A DNA stretch of 64,000 nucleotides from the human T2T-CHM13v2.0 reference genome, Homo sapiens, in the NCBI RefSeq assembly GCF_009914755.1, contig NC_060933.1. One strand, written 5' to 3'. This document shows, in pieces, positions 36,811 to 51,200 of this stretch. How positions within the stretch are numbered: the first letter of the stretch is position 1; each line of letters starts with the position of its first letter. Position numbers and translations under genes: made by a program. The notes under the pieces were generated by a model. It did no database searches, was not told the DNA's origin, and worked only from the letters and a program-made list of their open reading frames with translations.

Positions 36811-38294
36811 CCATCACATATATTCTTACATAATTTCACTTAAGACTCCAGCTCTGTGTGGTATTATTTATGGTTTGAGTAATTTCCTTAATAATGTCAT
36901 TCACTGAAATTCAGTTTTCATAATACCTTCCTTCTTAAAGTTTTACATATACAAATTCATAAAACTGGAGTGACCTTGGGATCATCTAATCCAAGTCCCA
37001 TATTTTCAGAAGAGTAAATTAAGGTTTAAAGGGGTTAACTGGCTTGCCTAATGTCGGTGACAGAGTAGAGGACAAAATCCAGATCTCATCACTCAATAGG
37101 TTTCTATTTCATCATACTGTCACTTCTATTTAATGACAATTTATTATATTTTTGAACATATAAACTTTATTAAATATTTTTAAATTACAATAATAGTAAT
37201 ATATATCCATTGGGGTTTTTTTTTAAAGGCAACCATTTACAAGTGGATAAAATGAAAAATGAAAGTCTCTACTTCATTTATAGCTGCCCGATCCCACTCC
37301 TTAGCCGTGTTTTAGTGTGTATCCATAATCTATTACATTATAAATAAGAATTTGCCCTGTCAAGTTTGAGAGTTGATTTGAGCCCTACAATTTATTAAAG
37401 ATGCTAGCTTCCCCCAGTGAGTCAGGTCAATAGAGAAAGGAGGAAATGTGTTGCCAGCCCAGTATGTTTTAATCTTCATGTACTAGCATGTGTTCCTTTA
37501 AGGTAGTAAGTGAGCAGTTTTCTCCATTTGTGGGAATGGGAGGTGGAGGGGTTTTGTTCCAAGTCACAGAGGAAATGAATGTTTTAGAGGCCAGAAAGAG
37601 CTCCTGAGTTCTGTGAAGCATTCCTGGCTCTGGGACCTTCAGTTCTCCTTTGGGCCAAACTTCTCTCCCTCAAAAGTGAGCTCAGATCATTGTACATCAG
37701 TGCAGTCAAAACATGTCACGTTTGATTTGTCTCTCCTCAAAATGTTTCTGTTCTCTGCACCACAGTTGCTTTTAATTTAGCAATACAAGTATGTATAGAT
37801 ACTGGGATTAGCTTCAGAGCCTGCATAATTACTAATGAGAAAACATACTTAGTGTCCTCATTAGTTGATCATTTCAAGTATTTTTCAGCATACTAGGATG
37901 TTTTCTGGTAATCAGTGCCACTTAACGGAGTAACAGACTTGCAAATACGAGAGGTGCTGCTCAGATAAAACCAGGCACCAGCAAATGGCATTTAAATGTG
38001 TTCACAAGATAGCCTATGAAACAATGTGGCTTAAGACACGTTAGAACTACAAGGTAAACAGAATGAAGCTGCAAAAAGAGTGGTTTCATGAAGCATCTCA
38101 GAAGACCCTCTCAAATTGTTACCAATTCACCAGATGATTTCACGCCAGTTCCTGCCCCTCTGTGGGCCAGTTTCCTGATCCAAATGGTAAAGAGATTAAG
38201 CTAAATTCATTCCCATTATCTCTCCAGGCTTCTCATTCCCTGATATTCTGACCATAATATTAATAACTGCTATAGTTCCACTATGAGTACAGGT

Positions 38295-38492
38295 CAGCAT
38301 TTCCTAAAACATGGTGCCCAGACTGCTCCTACGAGAAAGAGGTGGGGTGTTTGCTTTAAAATGCAGATTCCCAGGCCATACCCACTCAGACATACTGAAT
38401 CAGAACTGGGAAGAAGGAGAGGCAGGCAAAAATCTGTACTTTAAAAAGTGCCATTGGATGATTCTTTGGCACACTAAGGTTTGAGAACCATC
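38295..38492 (+). mobile_element. MER5-family hAT-Charlie element
   Basis: AAAATGCAGATTCCCAGGCC...ACTGAATCAGAACT...GATTCT...AAGGTTTGAGAACCA. Confidence 0.65.
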
Positions 38493-40569
38493 GATATAGT
38501 TTATAATAACAACTCAATTTTACCTTGAATTTTCCAGCTTTTCCTGGGGTTGAGAAGGGATGAGCAATAGAGATATAAATTTTCCTGAAAGCAATCAATT
38601 CATTTAACAAATACTTACTGAATGGCTGCTAGGTAGTAGGCACTGTTCCAGGGCAATGGACACGTTGCTGAACAAGACAAAGCCCTTATCCACATGAACC
38701 TTACATACCTGTAAAGGAGAAAAAGAGTAAACAAATATACAATTGCAGTGATGTCATTGGTGGGAGGAGAGGAATTTTTTGCTTTTTGCTTTTTGGAGTG
38801 GGGGCATAGAGTTAGATCAGAAAAGAAAAAATTGGGGGGAAAATATATTCATTGCCAATTTTTAAAATGTCACTTTTTAAAGTGTAAGAACCTAAGAATA
38901 TGTATACATAGTTTGACTTATACAATGATCACATCTAAAATTTTTAGAGCTATAGTTGAGAAAAGTAACATTTTAAGGGGAGAAAAACGTGTCCTTAGCG
39001 TAGTCTACATATTTAGCCAGGGCTGAAAGTGAGATAGAGTAAATATTAGATTCCACTCTGCTATTAAAGCCTCACATCACTAATTTTTGAGGGGTGGTGT
39101 TTTCCATGGGTCTCACTTAATTTCCACACAAATATCTCATTTGGGGCCTGGGCTATTGCTGAAGTCTGACTTGTATAGCTGCGTTACTGCCATATGAAAC
39201 ACACAGACCCATTTTAGTTTACATAATATCCATTGCTGTTGTTTGCAGCTCTAGATTCCCATTCTAGGTGCTTTAGAGAAACCTTCCTTAGGCATTGGCT
39301 GTCAGTAAATGTAATACTGTGTCTTTGACTAGTGAGAAAGCCAGAGTTCTGACAGATCAATAACCCCTATAGGGTGGAAAAAAATTAGTATAAACAGGAA
39401 AAAAGTTCATTTAAAAAAATCTTTTTGCATTTGACCTATGTTCGATTGGCATGATCAGTAAGCAAATATTTCTAGATTTTCTTTGTCAAACCCCAAACCT
39501 ACTTAGCCCAGAGACAGAGCAATCAATGTAGGGCAGCAGAGACACAGAGCTGGGAGTCCAGTCCTTCCAACTCTAGGACCAGTATTCATTGGGTGAGGTT
39601 TTCCTAAACTGGTAGGCCAGGCAGAGAAAAAATCTAAAACGTTTTGTTCCGTTCCTTTACATCTTATGTCCAATAGAGGAGATTTTTCTTTTCCTCCAGC
39701 ATTGGATGCTGACCCTCCAGTCACCCCCAAGTTACTGGTGGCTCAGACTGAATTCACTTTGGCTCCAAAATTCTGAGACTTGGACCAAAACCACTGCAGG
39801 TGAAGCCCAGAGGATCTGGCTGGAGCCTGGCAGGCTGGGCCGGCTGGCTTTCCTTCTTGCTGGGCTCCATCAGAGAAAAGTACACACACAGGGTGGGCAG
39901 GGACTTCACTTCCCTGTGTGCAGAAGGCATGAAATGTGAGCCCAGCAGGGGCAGAAGCCTGCAGAGGACCCTGGGTGAAAGCTACACACTTTGATGGATT
40001 CTGAACAAATATTGGAAGCAGAGAGATTGTTGAGTTGTGAGCCATGGATTCAGGGGAGTCAGTGCAGGAGGTAGCTGTCAGATCCATTCTCAGGGGAAAC
40101 TATTCATTCTTTAGTCTTTTTCTCTCTCCCACTATTTTAAAACAAAATAATGCTGAATCAGTGTCAAGTTCCAGGCAATAACATCATACCTGGTGTGATT
40201 TAGCAATATTTAGAATCATTTAATGCAAGAGCCAGAAGTAATCTTAGGGATCAGGTAGTCCACTTTATTCCTGTTCCAGAGACTGAAACTGACTCAGAGA
40301 GGTTAAATGCCTTGTCTAGAACTGCACAGCAAGTCAGTGCAGAGCCTGGATGAGGACCCCATGACCTGCTGCTTGGTCCAACACACTTTCCTTTACTCCC
40401 ACTCATTTGGGAGTTTCACAAGTAGCTCCCTCAGCTTTTGAAAGGGAGGATCTGCCCTGAATTTCATTCTGCTCTTGGAGAGCCTGTGGAATTATTAAAT
40501 AAATTCATAAATAAGGAGAAAATAAAAAAGGGGAAAGTTAATTCCCTTTTCCCCACTCTCTTCCAGTTA

Positions 40570-41064
<495 letters not shown>

Positions 41065-41264
41065 TTAGAACATCAGGGCTGAAAATCAAAAACTTTCTAC
41101 TTCAACCCATTCCATTTCATAAATATGGAAGCTGAGGGATGGTGATTATTTCAGACATCATAACTGCTATCAATATCATCACTGTCATTTGTTAATCATG
41201 TACTATATATCAGGCCCTTTACATATGTTATCACATTTAATCATCACAGCAAAATTTTGAGGAA

Positions 41265-41611
41265 GGCCAGGGATGGTACACATGGTAATCCCAGCATAGA
41301 TTGTAGGGAGGTCCAGCCAGGTGGATCGTTTAAGCCCAGGAGTTCAAGACCAGTGTAGGCAATATGGGAGTTCAAGACCTGCCTAGGCAATATAGGAGTT
41401 CAAGACCAGCCTAGGCAATATAGAGACACTGCCTCTACAAAAAATAGAAAAAATTAGATGGGCGTGGTGGTTCCTGCCTGTGGTTCCAGCTACTCAAGAG
41501 GCTGAGGTGGGAGGATCGCCTCAGCTGGGGAAGTCGAGGCTGTAGTGAGCCCTGATCACACCATTGCACTCCAGCCTGAGGAACAGAGCGAGACCCTGTC
41601 TCAAAAAAAAA
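41265..41611 (+). mobile_element. AluJ-like element with internal 3x28-bp tandem repeat
   Basis: Alu dimer flanked by TTTTGAGGAAGG direct repeats; repeat units start at 41339, 41367 and 41395. Confidence 0.9.
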
Positions 41612-42081
41612 TTTTTTTTGAGGAAGGTATCCCCATTTTACAGAGTAGAAAGCTGAGGTTCATAAAAGCAAAATGATCCTACATTATTTCCCATATTAGG
41701 GGCCAGAACAAAATTGAGATTAAAGTAGCTGGACTCTCTGATTTTTTTTTTTTTTTTTTTAGTTATTTAATACTGCTTCTTGGGAAAACACAAAGAAAAA
41801 AAGACCCAATTAAATAAGCGTCTCATTTCCTCTCACCCAGGTAGCTCCACAGTAAGCACCTAGTTGCTTATTAGCTGTTTCTTCTCCAACCAGGTTAGGA
41901 TATTACAGCAAACCTAAGCACTCTTCTGACTATTCTTTCATTGAAAAAATATTCAACAGTTATTTATTGAGGTGTAATTATGTGCCAGTCACTGTACTGT
42001 TGACAGAAACATAGGACCAATGAATACATACCTGGAGAGCTCCAGTGAGAGTAAAGCAAAATGCTTTTTAAAGATTTCATA

Positions 42082-42374
42082 GGCCAGACGCGGTGGCTCA
42101 CGCCTGTAATCCCACCACTTCAGGAGGCCAAGGCAGGTGGATCACTTGAGGTCAGGAGTTTGAGACCAGCTTGGCCAACATGGTGAAACCCTGTCTCTAC
42201 TAAAAATACAAAAGTTAGCCAGGCATGGTAGCACACACCTGTAGTTCCAGCTACTCGGGAGGCTGAGGCACGGAATCGCTTCAACCCAGGAGGTGGAGGT
42301 TTCAGTGAGCCAAGATCGTGCCACTGCACCCCAGCCTGGGCGACAGAGCAAGACACCATCTCAAAAAAAAAAAA
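42082..42374 (+). mobile_element. AluS
   Basis: Full dimer with poly(A). Confidence 0.92.
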
Positions 42375-42828
42375 GATCCCACCAGCTAGTAACATCAGAC
42401 ATACTTAATAGCTAGGAGGGGTAAAACTTGAAATCACAGGGTCAGCATAAGTCCTGGCTGTACCACTATTGGTTGTGTAACTTGAGAAAATCTCTTAGCT
42501 TCTCTGAGCCTCAGTTTTTTCACCTGTAAAATAAAGATTAAAATCCCTACCCATGAGGATCAGTTCAGAAAAGGAATGCAAAATGATGCACAGCCATGTT
42601 AATGTGAAGGAAATGATGTGCCTATTTACGTGTTTCTGTGTATCTCTTAAATCTCTGTGTTGTTGGCTGTCCCTTGATTAGTATCTTGCTGTGTCAGTCT
42701 TCCTGCTTGCAGCAGAAAAGTCTTTACTCCGGTGATTCAAGAAAAACTCTGGTTCCACCAGAATTTCTGAAAGCTGGGTGAAAACTTTATTCCTACTTAT
42801 ATCGTTCTGCTCTTCGGACTCTCTAGAT

Positions 42829-42970
42829 CCATGCTGTCCAATAGACCTCCCCTCAGTGATGGAAATGTTCTATCCCACATTTGGCCATTGAACACTTGAA
42901 ATATGGCTAACATGACTGAGGAACTGAATTTTTAATTTCATTTAGTTTTTATTAACTTAAATAGCCACAA
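42829..42970. mobile_element. MER3-like hAT-Charlie fragment
   Basis: GCTGTCCAATAGA...GTGATGGAAATGTTCTAT...CACTTGAAATATGGCTA...GACTGAGGAACTGAATTTTTAATTT...AATAGCCAC. Confidence 0.65.
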
Positions 42971-43168
42971 GTCCTGAGTCTGATGGCACACAGCTGCCTG
43001 GGTTCTGCCAAAGAGACCTCTCTTTCCACCACTTCCTGGTTTGTTTTATCTCACAGAAATTCATCAACAGCCAGCAAAAATCATTCTTTCTCTTGTTGAT
43101 TATTTCTGCGATTCTCAAACTTCATTGTGTATGAGAATCACCTGGAGATCTTGATAAGACAGTTTGGT

Positions 43169-43314
43169 GGGCCAGGCACGGTGTCTTATGCCTGTAATCC
43201 CAGTACTTCGGGAGGCTGAGACAGAAGAATTGCTTGAGTCTAGGAAATCAAGACCAACCTGAGCAACATAGCGATACCCACCCCCAACCCACGCCCCCAT
43301 TTCTACAAAAAAAA
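43169..43314 (+). mobile_element. Alu left monomer (FLAM-like)
   Basis: GGCCAGGCACGGTGTCTTATGCCTGTAATCCCAG...CTACAAAAAAAA. Confidence 0.85.
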
Positions 43315-43355
43315 TTTTTTTTGATGTTTGCTGTGTCTACCCCCAGAGTTTCTAA

Positions 43356-43709
<354 letters not shown>

Positions 43710-43857
43710 TAACACATTCCTGGGTGTTGCTGATGCTGCCAGTCTGGAGACCACACTTTGAGAACCACTGGGTTAATTTAGCATCTCATGGGGAGACAGC
43801 TGTGCTATAGTGAAATGAGTAGACCCTTGAGATCTACTTGGACACAAACTCCTGGGG

Positions 43858-44040
43858 CAGTAGTTCTCAATTGGGCTACTCCACTTTGGAGTCACCTGGG
43901 GAGCTTTTAAAATTCTTGACCCCTGGGCTCCACCCCAGACCAATTAAATGAGAATCTCTAGGCGCAGGACCCAGACAAGAGTTGTTTCTTCAAGCTCCCC
44001 AGGTGATTGCACTGCACAGTCAAGGGTGAAAACCACTTTG
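43858..44040. mobile_element. MER5-family element
   Basis: CAGTAGTTCTCAA...TCACCTGGGGAGCTTTTAAAA...CAAGCTCCCCAGGTGA...GAAAACCACT with internal inverted symmetry. Confidence 0.65.
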
Positions 44041-44279
44041 CCAATTCGGCTTAAGCAAATTTCCTTGTCTATTAAGTGATAACGATAAAATTTGCTGTAT
44101 TTGTATCACAGGGCCATTGTGAGAATCACATGAGACTGTGAATGTGAAGGGGTTTTATAAACTGTAACACCTAAAAGTAAGAATTTAGGCATTGATGGTC
44201 TTGGAAGGGCCTGTTTGCAAGTGATGCCATCATCCCCACTGAAGCAGGATAATGCTGCTCTCTCTGGTTTGCATTCTAG

Positions 44280-44479
44280 TACTGTCCCACTGACCAGGCT
44301 GCTGCAGGCACAGATGCTGAGCATGTGCAACAATTCTACAACCTCCTGACAGCCTCCATTGATGTATCCAGAAGCTGGGCAGAAAAGATTCCGGGATTTA
44401 CTGATCTCCCCAAAGAAGATCAGACATTACTTATTGAATCAGCCTTTTTGGAGCTGTTTGTCCTCAGACTTTCCATCAG
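44280..44479 (+). CDS. NR4A3: NR4A3 exon 6: ligand-binding domain (N-terminal part); correct frame absent from the ORF track
   Basis: TAC TGT CCC...: [66 protein letters not shown]; TTCTAG|T and CAG|GTAATT; 200 nt. Confidence 0.97.
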
Positions 44480-46276
44480 GTAATTACTACTATTTTATCT
44501 TCAGTCTACGTCCTTTGAAGAAGCCTGAAACCTTCTGTGTTTGTAACTGAATCATTGGTGAAACGTTTTCTCAAGAAGCAAATGTGAAATATGATCAGGC
44601 ACTAAAAAGACTGAGCAGCGAGTCACGGAGGGAGCACTAGGCTTGCCACCAGGACCCGTGGGTTCTAGTCCCAGTTCTAATGTGGACTTGCTGTCACACC
44701 CTGAGCAGGTCACTTGCCTGACGGGAAGTTCAATTCCATCCTCCTTAAAAGGAAGAGGTTGGATTTGATGATCTCTTGAGGTCCCTTGCAGCTCCAACAT
44801 TCTATGATTCTCGAAAGATTCTCATAGTGCATAAGCTATTTCCTGGGAGCAAGTGTTTGCTTTGGAACATTGTATTTACCTCGTGGGTTTCTGTTTAACA
44901 AGTTACTATTCTAGCACACCTGATGGGGCCCTAAAGAGTTCCCACACCTTCTCAACCCCCAGTTTTATTCCAAGAGAACACTCTTAGATAGAAAGATTTA
45001 GTCCATCCTATCATACTCAGTGACGCCAAACACAAAAAGGAAAAGTGATTTTTCAAAAACATAGAACCTTGGATCTAAGCTCCTCTAGTAAGTTCCACAT
45101 GTAGATTTTTTAAAGTTTATTTTATTATTGTTTTTATTCACAAATAGCCTGTTTAACTCCATCTTCCTTGCTTCCTTTCAGTTATATATTTTTAGGAGAT
45201 GATACCAACTTTTTACCAAATATTATCAGAAAAATCCATCTTTCCCCTCTTTCTCTTTCCTGCCATCACCTCCCCAATTTCATATCACTACCAGAAACTC
45301 CTGTTTAATTTTTAAAGTGCAGATTGCCAGGCCTCATTGCCATCTATTTTGGTTTGGTAGACTGTGGAAGTCCAGAAATCTGCATTTTTAACATATGCTT
45401 TAATGATTCTGATGTCATCAGGGTCCATGTTTTATACTCTGAGACTAAATCATTCTGTCCTGTGTATGCCTTCTGTGGAGGGATCAGTAGGAGAGATGGG
45501 GTGGAGTTACAACTAGAGTGCCAGTAATAGCTTAATTTGTAGCCAATCTAGTGTACACCAGAGCTGAGCCAGCAATGTGACTGTCATCTATTAGGCATGC
45601 AACAAAGGATTAAGTAGACTGTAAGCTCCATGCAGGCAGGTGCCATATATGTCCTATTCACCATGTTTTCTCCCAGTGCCTGGCTCCAGGAATAACACAT
45701 ACTTCATGCTCAGTAGACACTTGGCTGAGTGAAGGAATGAATGAAGCTGTTCATCCAAGAAGCACAAAGAGATATTTGACTTGTGAATACAACAGGCCAA
45801 GATAGATACATACGTGGCAAGAGATTTGAAAGTTAAAGGAAATCTAAGATTAAAGGAAGAACCACATATAATTCAGCCCCTTACTTGTTATACCCAATAT
45901 TTGTCGAACCATCCTGTGTACTGGGCACCATGCATGGGCTTTCAAATCCTTTCTTTTATTTAATTCCCTCAACAATCTTAGGAGGTAGCAATTAGAATTT
46001 TTGTTTTATAAATAAGGAAAAAGAAGTCCAGAGAGATTTAAGGAGCACCCAAAGCCACACCCCAAGTCATCATGTCCACCTGGAAGTTCCAGGGCACCTA
46101 TCATGAAAGAAGAATGAGATGATGATGGACATAATATAAACTATCAGGACAGATTTAGAAATAGCCCTCTGCAGCCCCAATGTTAAAAGCAGAGAAGGTA
46201 ATACAAAATAAGGACTTGTTTTATGTTAGGCCACCCTTTAATTTGTGATAGACTTCTGGCACTTACAGGGACTTGA

Positions 46277-46578
<302 letters not shown>

Positions 46579-47067
46579 AGGGACTTGGTATTTTTAAAGT
46601 GTGCACAATGGAATTGTAGTGTCTAGCCTCAGGCCTTGGCAGTTTTTAACATTTAAGAAAATCAAGGACAAGCCCTGTCTCAGGATCCCTGGAGGGAACA
46701 GTCTCATGTTCATTGCTGAGAGAGGGGTGCACTGGGCTTCATCTCTGGAACCCATGAGTGCCTGCTCCCCCATTTCCTGTCCCAAGGAAAGCCAGTAATT
46801 GATTCTAGTAATAAGATAGCAGGTGCCACAGCCCATATCTTCCCCTGGGCTGATGTTCACCAAAGACATTAGCATAGACAAGTGGTGCTAGTTGTTTATC
46901 CCAGAGAACATAGTCTTATTCATTGTGGGTATCTGGCATGCTTCATAGCACCACACTGGGGTCCCAATGCTGCCCCATGGCTGTCTGTGTGCCTGTGTGT
47001 CATAATGTTATCATGTTGGACAGATTGAACAGACCTGTTTAATGTTTGTCTTCCTCTCACCTCCCAG

Positions 47068-47246
47068 GTCAAACACTGCTGAAGATAAGTTTGTGTTCTG
47101 CAATGGACTTGTCCTGCATCGACTTCAGTGCCTTCGTGGATTTGGGGAGTGGCTCGACTCTATTAAAGACTTTTCCTTAAATTTGCAGAGCCTGAACCTT
47201 GATATCCAAGCCTTAGCCTGCCTGTCAGCACTGAGCATGATCACAG
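47068..47246 (+). CDS. NR4A3: NR4A3 exon 7: ligand-binding domain (middle)
   Basis: SNTAEDKFVFCNGLVLHRLQCLRGFGEWLDSIKDFSLNLQSLNLDIQALACLSALSMIT; CTCCCAG|G and ACAG|GTAAGC; 179 nt. Confidence 0.98.
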
Positions 47247-47540
47247 GTAAGCACCACCTTGCCAAAACCGCATCCTCATTTCTCTCCTTCCCTTTGTTAT
47301 GGTGGAATCTGGCCTTGACCACTACACACACCAGAAAAGTGGGAAAATGACTACCATTTTTCTGAAATCTGTTAAGTTTAACCTAGTTTAAGCAAAGAAA
47401 CATGCATCTATAATTTGTTGTCATAAACTTCTAGTAAAGAGGATCCATAGTCTATTGAATTATCATTGTCAGTAAGCCCAATATACGAAAATCTAACTTC
47501 CTACTAGAGATCTGTGGACAGTGGGACTAGCTGCTTCAGG

Positions 47541-47741
47541 GTTTGTTTGTTTTGAGACAGGGTCTTGCTCTGTCACACAGGCTAGAGAGCAGTGGTGTGA
47601 TCATGGCCTAGTGTAGCCTCGACCACCTGGACTCAAGTGATCCTCCCACTTCAGCCTCCTGAGTAGCTAGGACTATAGGCACATGCCACCACACATTTGT
47701 CCTGTTTTGTAGCCCTGTTTCACCCTGTTGCCCAGACTGGT
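47541..47741 (-). mobile_element. Partial Alu (AluJ-like)
   Basis: TGAGACAGGGTCTTGCTCTGTCAC...GTAGCTAGGACTATAGGCAC. Confidence 0.8.
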
Positions 47742-47956
47742 TCAGTGTTCTTGTTACAAAGCCTTTCCTAGGGAGATTACCTAACCCAGCCCATTCCTGT
47801 GGAGCAGAGGTGATGAGGTTTCCCCTGTCCCCAGTTCTTGGCTAGCGACCTAAAGTAAAACCAAAACACTATAGACATATCAAATACAACTTGATTTAAT
47901 AACTTCGATTGGCAAAGGACTGAGAAAAAGCAAAAATGGTTCAACTCAGCAGTTTT

Positions 47957-48274
47957 TTATTTTTATTTTTAAAATTTTATTATCATTATTTTTGAGATGG
48001 AGTCTCACTCTGTCGCCCAGGCTGGAGTGCAATGATGTGATCTTGGTTTACTGCAACCTCTGCCTCCTGGGTCCAAGCAATTCTCCTGTCTCACCCTCCT
48101 GAGTAGCTGGGATTACAGGTACCTGCCACCATGCCCGGCTAATTTTTGTATCTTTAGTAGAGATGGGATTTCATCATGCTGGCCAGGCTGGTCTCGAACT
48201 CCTGACCTCAATTGATCTACCCGCCTTGGCACCCCAAGTGCTGGGATTCCTGGCGTGAGCCACCACACCCAGCC
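47957..48274 (-). mobile_element. AluS
   Basis: Antisense dimer flanked by CAACTCAGCAGTTTTTT direct repeats. Confidence 0.92.
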
Positions 48275-51200
48275 AACTCAGCAGTTTTTTAACCACAAAC
48301 ATAAAAGATATTTGATTTATGCCTGTCTCCCTCTATAGATCTCTCTCTTTCTATCTTTTGGGAGATAAAGGATCCCAAGGTGGGGTGGGATGGAGAAAGG
48401 CGCGTGTTGGGCAAAGGAAAGAATATCATCTCCCTGTGGCCATGGAGGCCCTTGCCCCAGCTCCCTTTGCCCCGGGGGAGAGTTTCCTGTTAGACCTCAT
48501 TCTTTCTGGTCAGACTGGGGCCTGGGGAGGTGGTGACAGAGGGTGGGGGCTCCAGAAGTGGCCAAATGAGGGGCTCATCCTTGACCTTTTGGTCAGACAC
48601 AAGCACAGGCTTGGCTGTTGAACAGAGTTCAAGATCAGAATAATATGCTCTTGGCTATAGAAAACATGTTTCTCAAGCAGGTGGTGAGTTTCCAGAGCAT
48701 CAAATGCAACCTCTGGTACAGATGGCCCCTTCTTTCTGTTTCACTGGAAATGTGCATTGGTTTGCCCAAGCATTGTTTACTTGCATTTCTTGGGATATCT
48801 CCTATTAGCTAAGGTTAGATGTGTCTGTGCCTTAAGAGGCTAGGCTGGTTCATCATTTGATGGTTGACATGCAGGCAAAGACAAGCAACTGGTATGGCTG
48901 CAATGAGGATTCAGACAGTAGCTGTTCCTTCAGTATTCCAAATGGAAACTGACTTCCTCCTGGTCTTTGGTCCAGGATGAGAAACTCACTTTTTTTTTTT
49001 AATGGGGCTGCTAGACTTCCAAGAGAGCCATTAACGAAACAAAAACCAAGGCAGTCTCAAAGAGTATGGATTCCATTTGGAAGGCTTTCAAATGGCATAC
49101 TGGAGCATCTGAAGAAAATAAACAGATTTAAGGCACAAGCATATTACTTCATCAGGACTGGAAGGAAACTGGTTCAAGGCTGCCTTTGAACTAAAGCTCT
49201 TTAGTTCAATTTCAAAACCATTCAGCAATTCCTACGTCAGTTAAACATTCAAAACTAGAAAGTATGGAGTTTAGTTCATTTTAAAAAGACAAAAACAAAA
49301 AACTAGATCCAGCTTTGGATTCCTACAAGTAAAAGCAGTACATTGCTTCATCTCCATGGCAACGAGTGTTGAGTCTAGTTAATCAACAAATATTCACTGA
49401 CCTAGGCACCATGCTGCATGTCATTGGGTTTTCAGAGATGATAACACACATCCCTAGAGGACATAGACATGCAAAGTACCACATGTGATGCAAGGTGTTG
49501 AGTGCCACCATGGAGACAAGGGAGTGAGTTCAAAGTGCTCAGAGACAGCAGGTGGGGGTGGTCTTCTCAGAAGAGATCACAGGAGCTGGTCCTTTGTAAG
49601 TGCAGAGGATGTCTCCAGGCTAAAATGGAAAAAGTGAGAATCCAGGCATAAACATTTGCCAAAAGCCATTGAAAATATGGCTAAGTTTCAGAAAGGAAAC
49701 AGCTGAAAATTGGAGTGACAGGAGATGTGACTGGTCTGATAGGTCAGGGTGGGGCGGGACATAAAGAACCTTCCACGCCTAGGTGAGGGGAGCAGAGTTT
49801 ATCTTGAGAACAACGAGGATCCACAGGTTTTGTCCAAAGGAGCTTGATGGTCAGGTTTGCGTTTTAGAAAGATTTACCCTGTCAGTGAGTTTTGGGCATA
49901 GATTAGAGTGAGAAAGAATCTAAGAGGAAAAAGGCCAGTCCAGGTGTGAGAGCCATGATTCAAGAGGAGGGTCCATCCCTGAAGGCCACATCTTTGTTTC
50001 ACTCTTTAAATGGAAATTGACAGATATCTAAGAGGCCAGGACGTGTGGGTGCCAGGAAGACCCAACCTGGAGAGACTGGGCAGTTCAGTGCAGAGAATAC
50101 AAAGTAGAAATTAGTAGAAGGGTGGTGCTGGTCCTCTTTCTGCATCCCATTTGTTCTATTCCCTGCAGTTACAGCTGCTCAGCCCGCTGCCCATTTATGT
50201 GGAGATTGGCTGGGGGAGGAGGCAGTTTGGCATGGCAGAAATAGCATGGACTTTGGAATCGAGCACGCCCAGATTTTAATCTTCAGTCCTATGTTTAATA
50301 AGTAGGCGCTATTGGGGAACACATTTCAGTTCTCTGAAATTCAGTTTCCCCATTTGTAAAATGGGGATAACAATGTCTATGTCATAGGGCAGCAGTGAGG
50401 ATTACAGAAAATTTAGTTGGTGATGTAACCAAACTGGATTCAGGATAGGCAACTCTGAATTCACCTATGGTCCCCCTTGGAGTGATAGTGACAGATTCCC
50501 TCAAGTTAGGCATATGCCTTCCCCTACCCCTTGGAAGCATCAAACTCAGTGGCATGAGGAAACAGGTGGTGGCTTTAGAAGGCAGTATGTTTGGTGACAG
50601 TCTCCTTGGATGCTTAAGAGAGAGGCTCAAAGGAGGATAGTGATATTAAAGTAATTAAGCTGCACTTAACAAGCACTTACAATAGACCAAGTGCTCTACA
50701 GTGGTGTCTTTGGGCCTCCCCGACCAGGTAGCTCCTGTTCCTGCCCTCATTCCTGCTGTGGTTTTAGCCTACAACAAAAATAAGCCCTCTTCTCTCATTT
50801 CTGGACCTTACAACAAACACTCTCTTTGTGACTTACTGGTTGAAAGTGGGTTTGATAAGTGTGAAAATATCAGGAAATGGCAGAAAAGGCAATGCCTGGG
50901 AAACAGTGTGCATTGCTGTGAATATTAATTTTCATTTGAATATGAGCTGCCATGGATCTTGACTTCTGAATAAGCTTCGTTGATCATAAATGGTGATTGT
51001 GGAGTATCAGCTGGGCTATTTACATTACAAAATTCATCCCAAAACTGTCTTTTCTTAAACCACAGAGAGCTCATGAAAAGGAAATGGCATCTTAGAAGTT
51101 TAACTAGGCTTGCTTCCAGGAAAAGTATTAAGAATCTGGATTAGTATTGGTGGTTTGCACAAACATGGCTTTTTTTTCTCTCATTCTTTTTTTCTTTGTC

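Noticed and set aside
41339-41422. CRISPR-like direct repeat appearance of the 28-bp units (also 18339-18425)
   Set aside because: No unique spacers and no cas genes, in a eukaryotic context; these are simple tandem duplications
44359-44550. 63-aa ORF overlapping exon 6
   Set aside because: Wrong frame; the true LBD frame starts TAC TGT CCC at 44280
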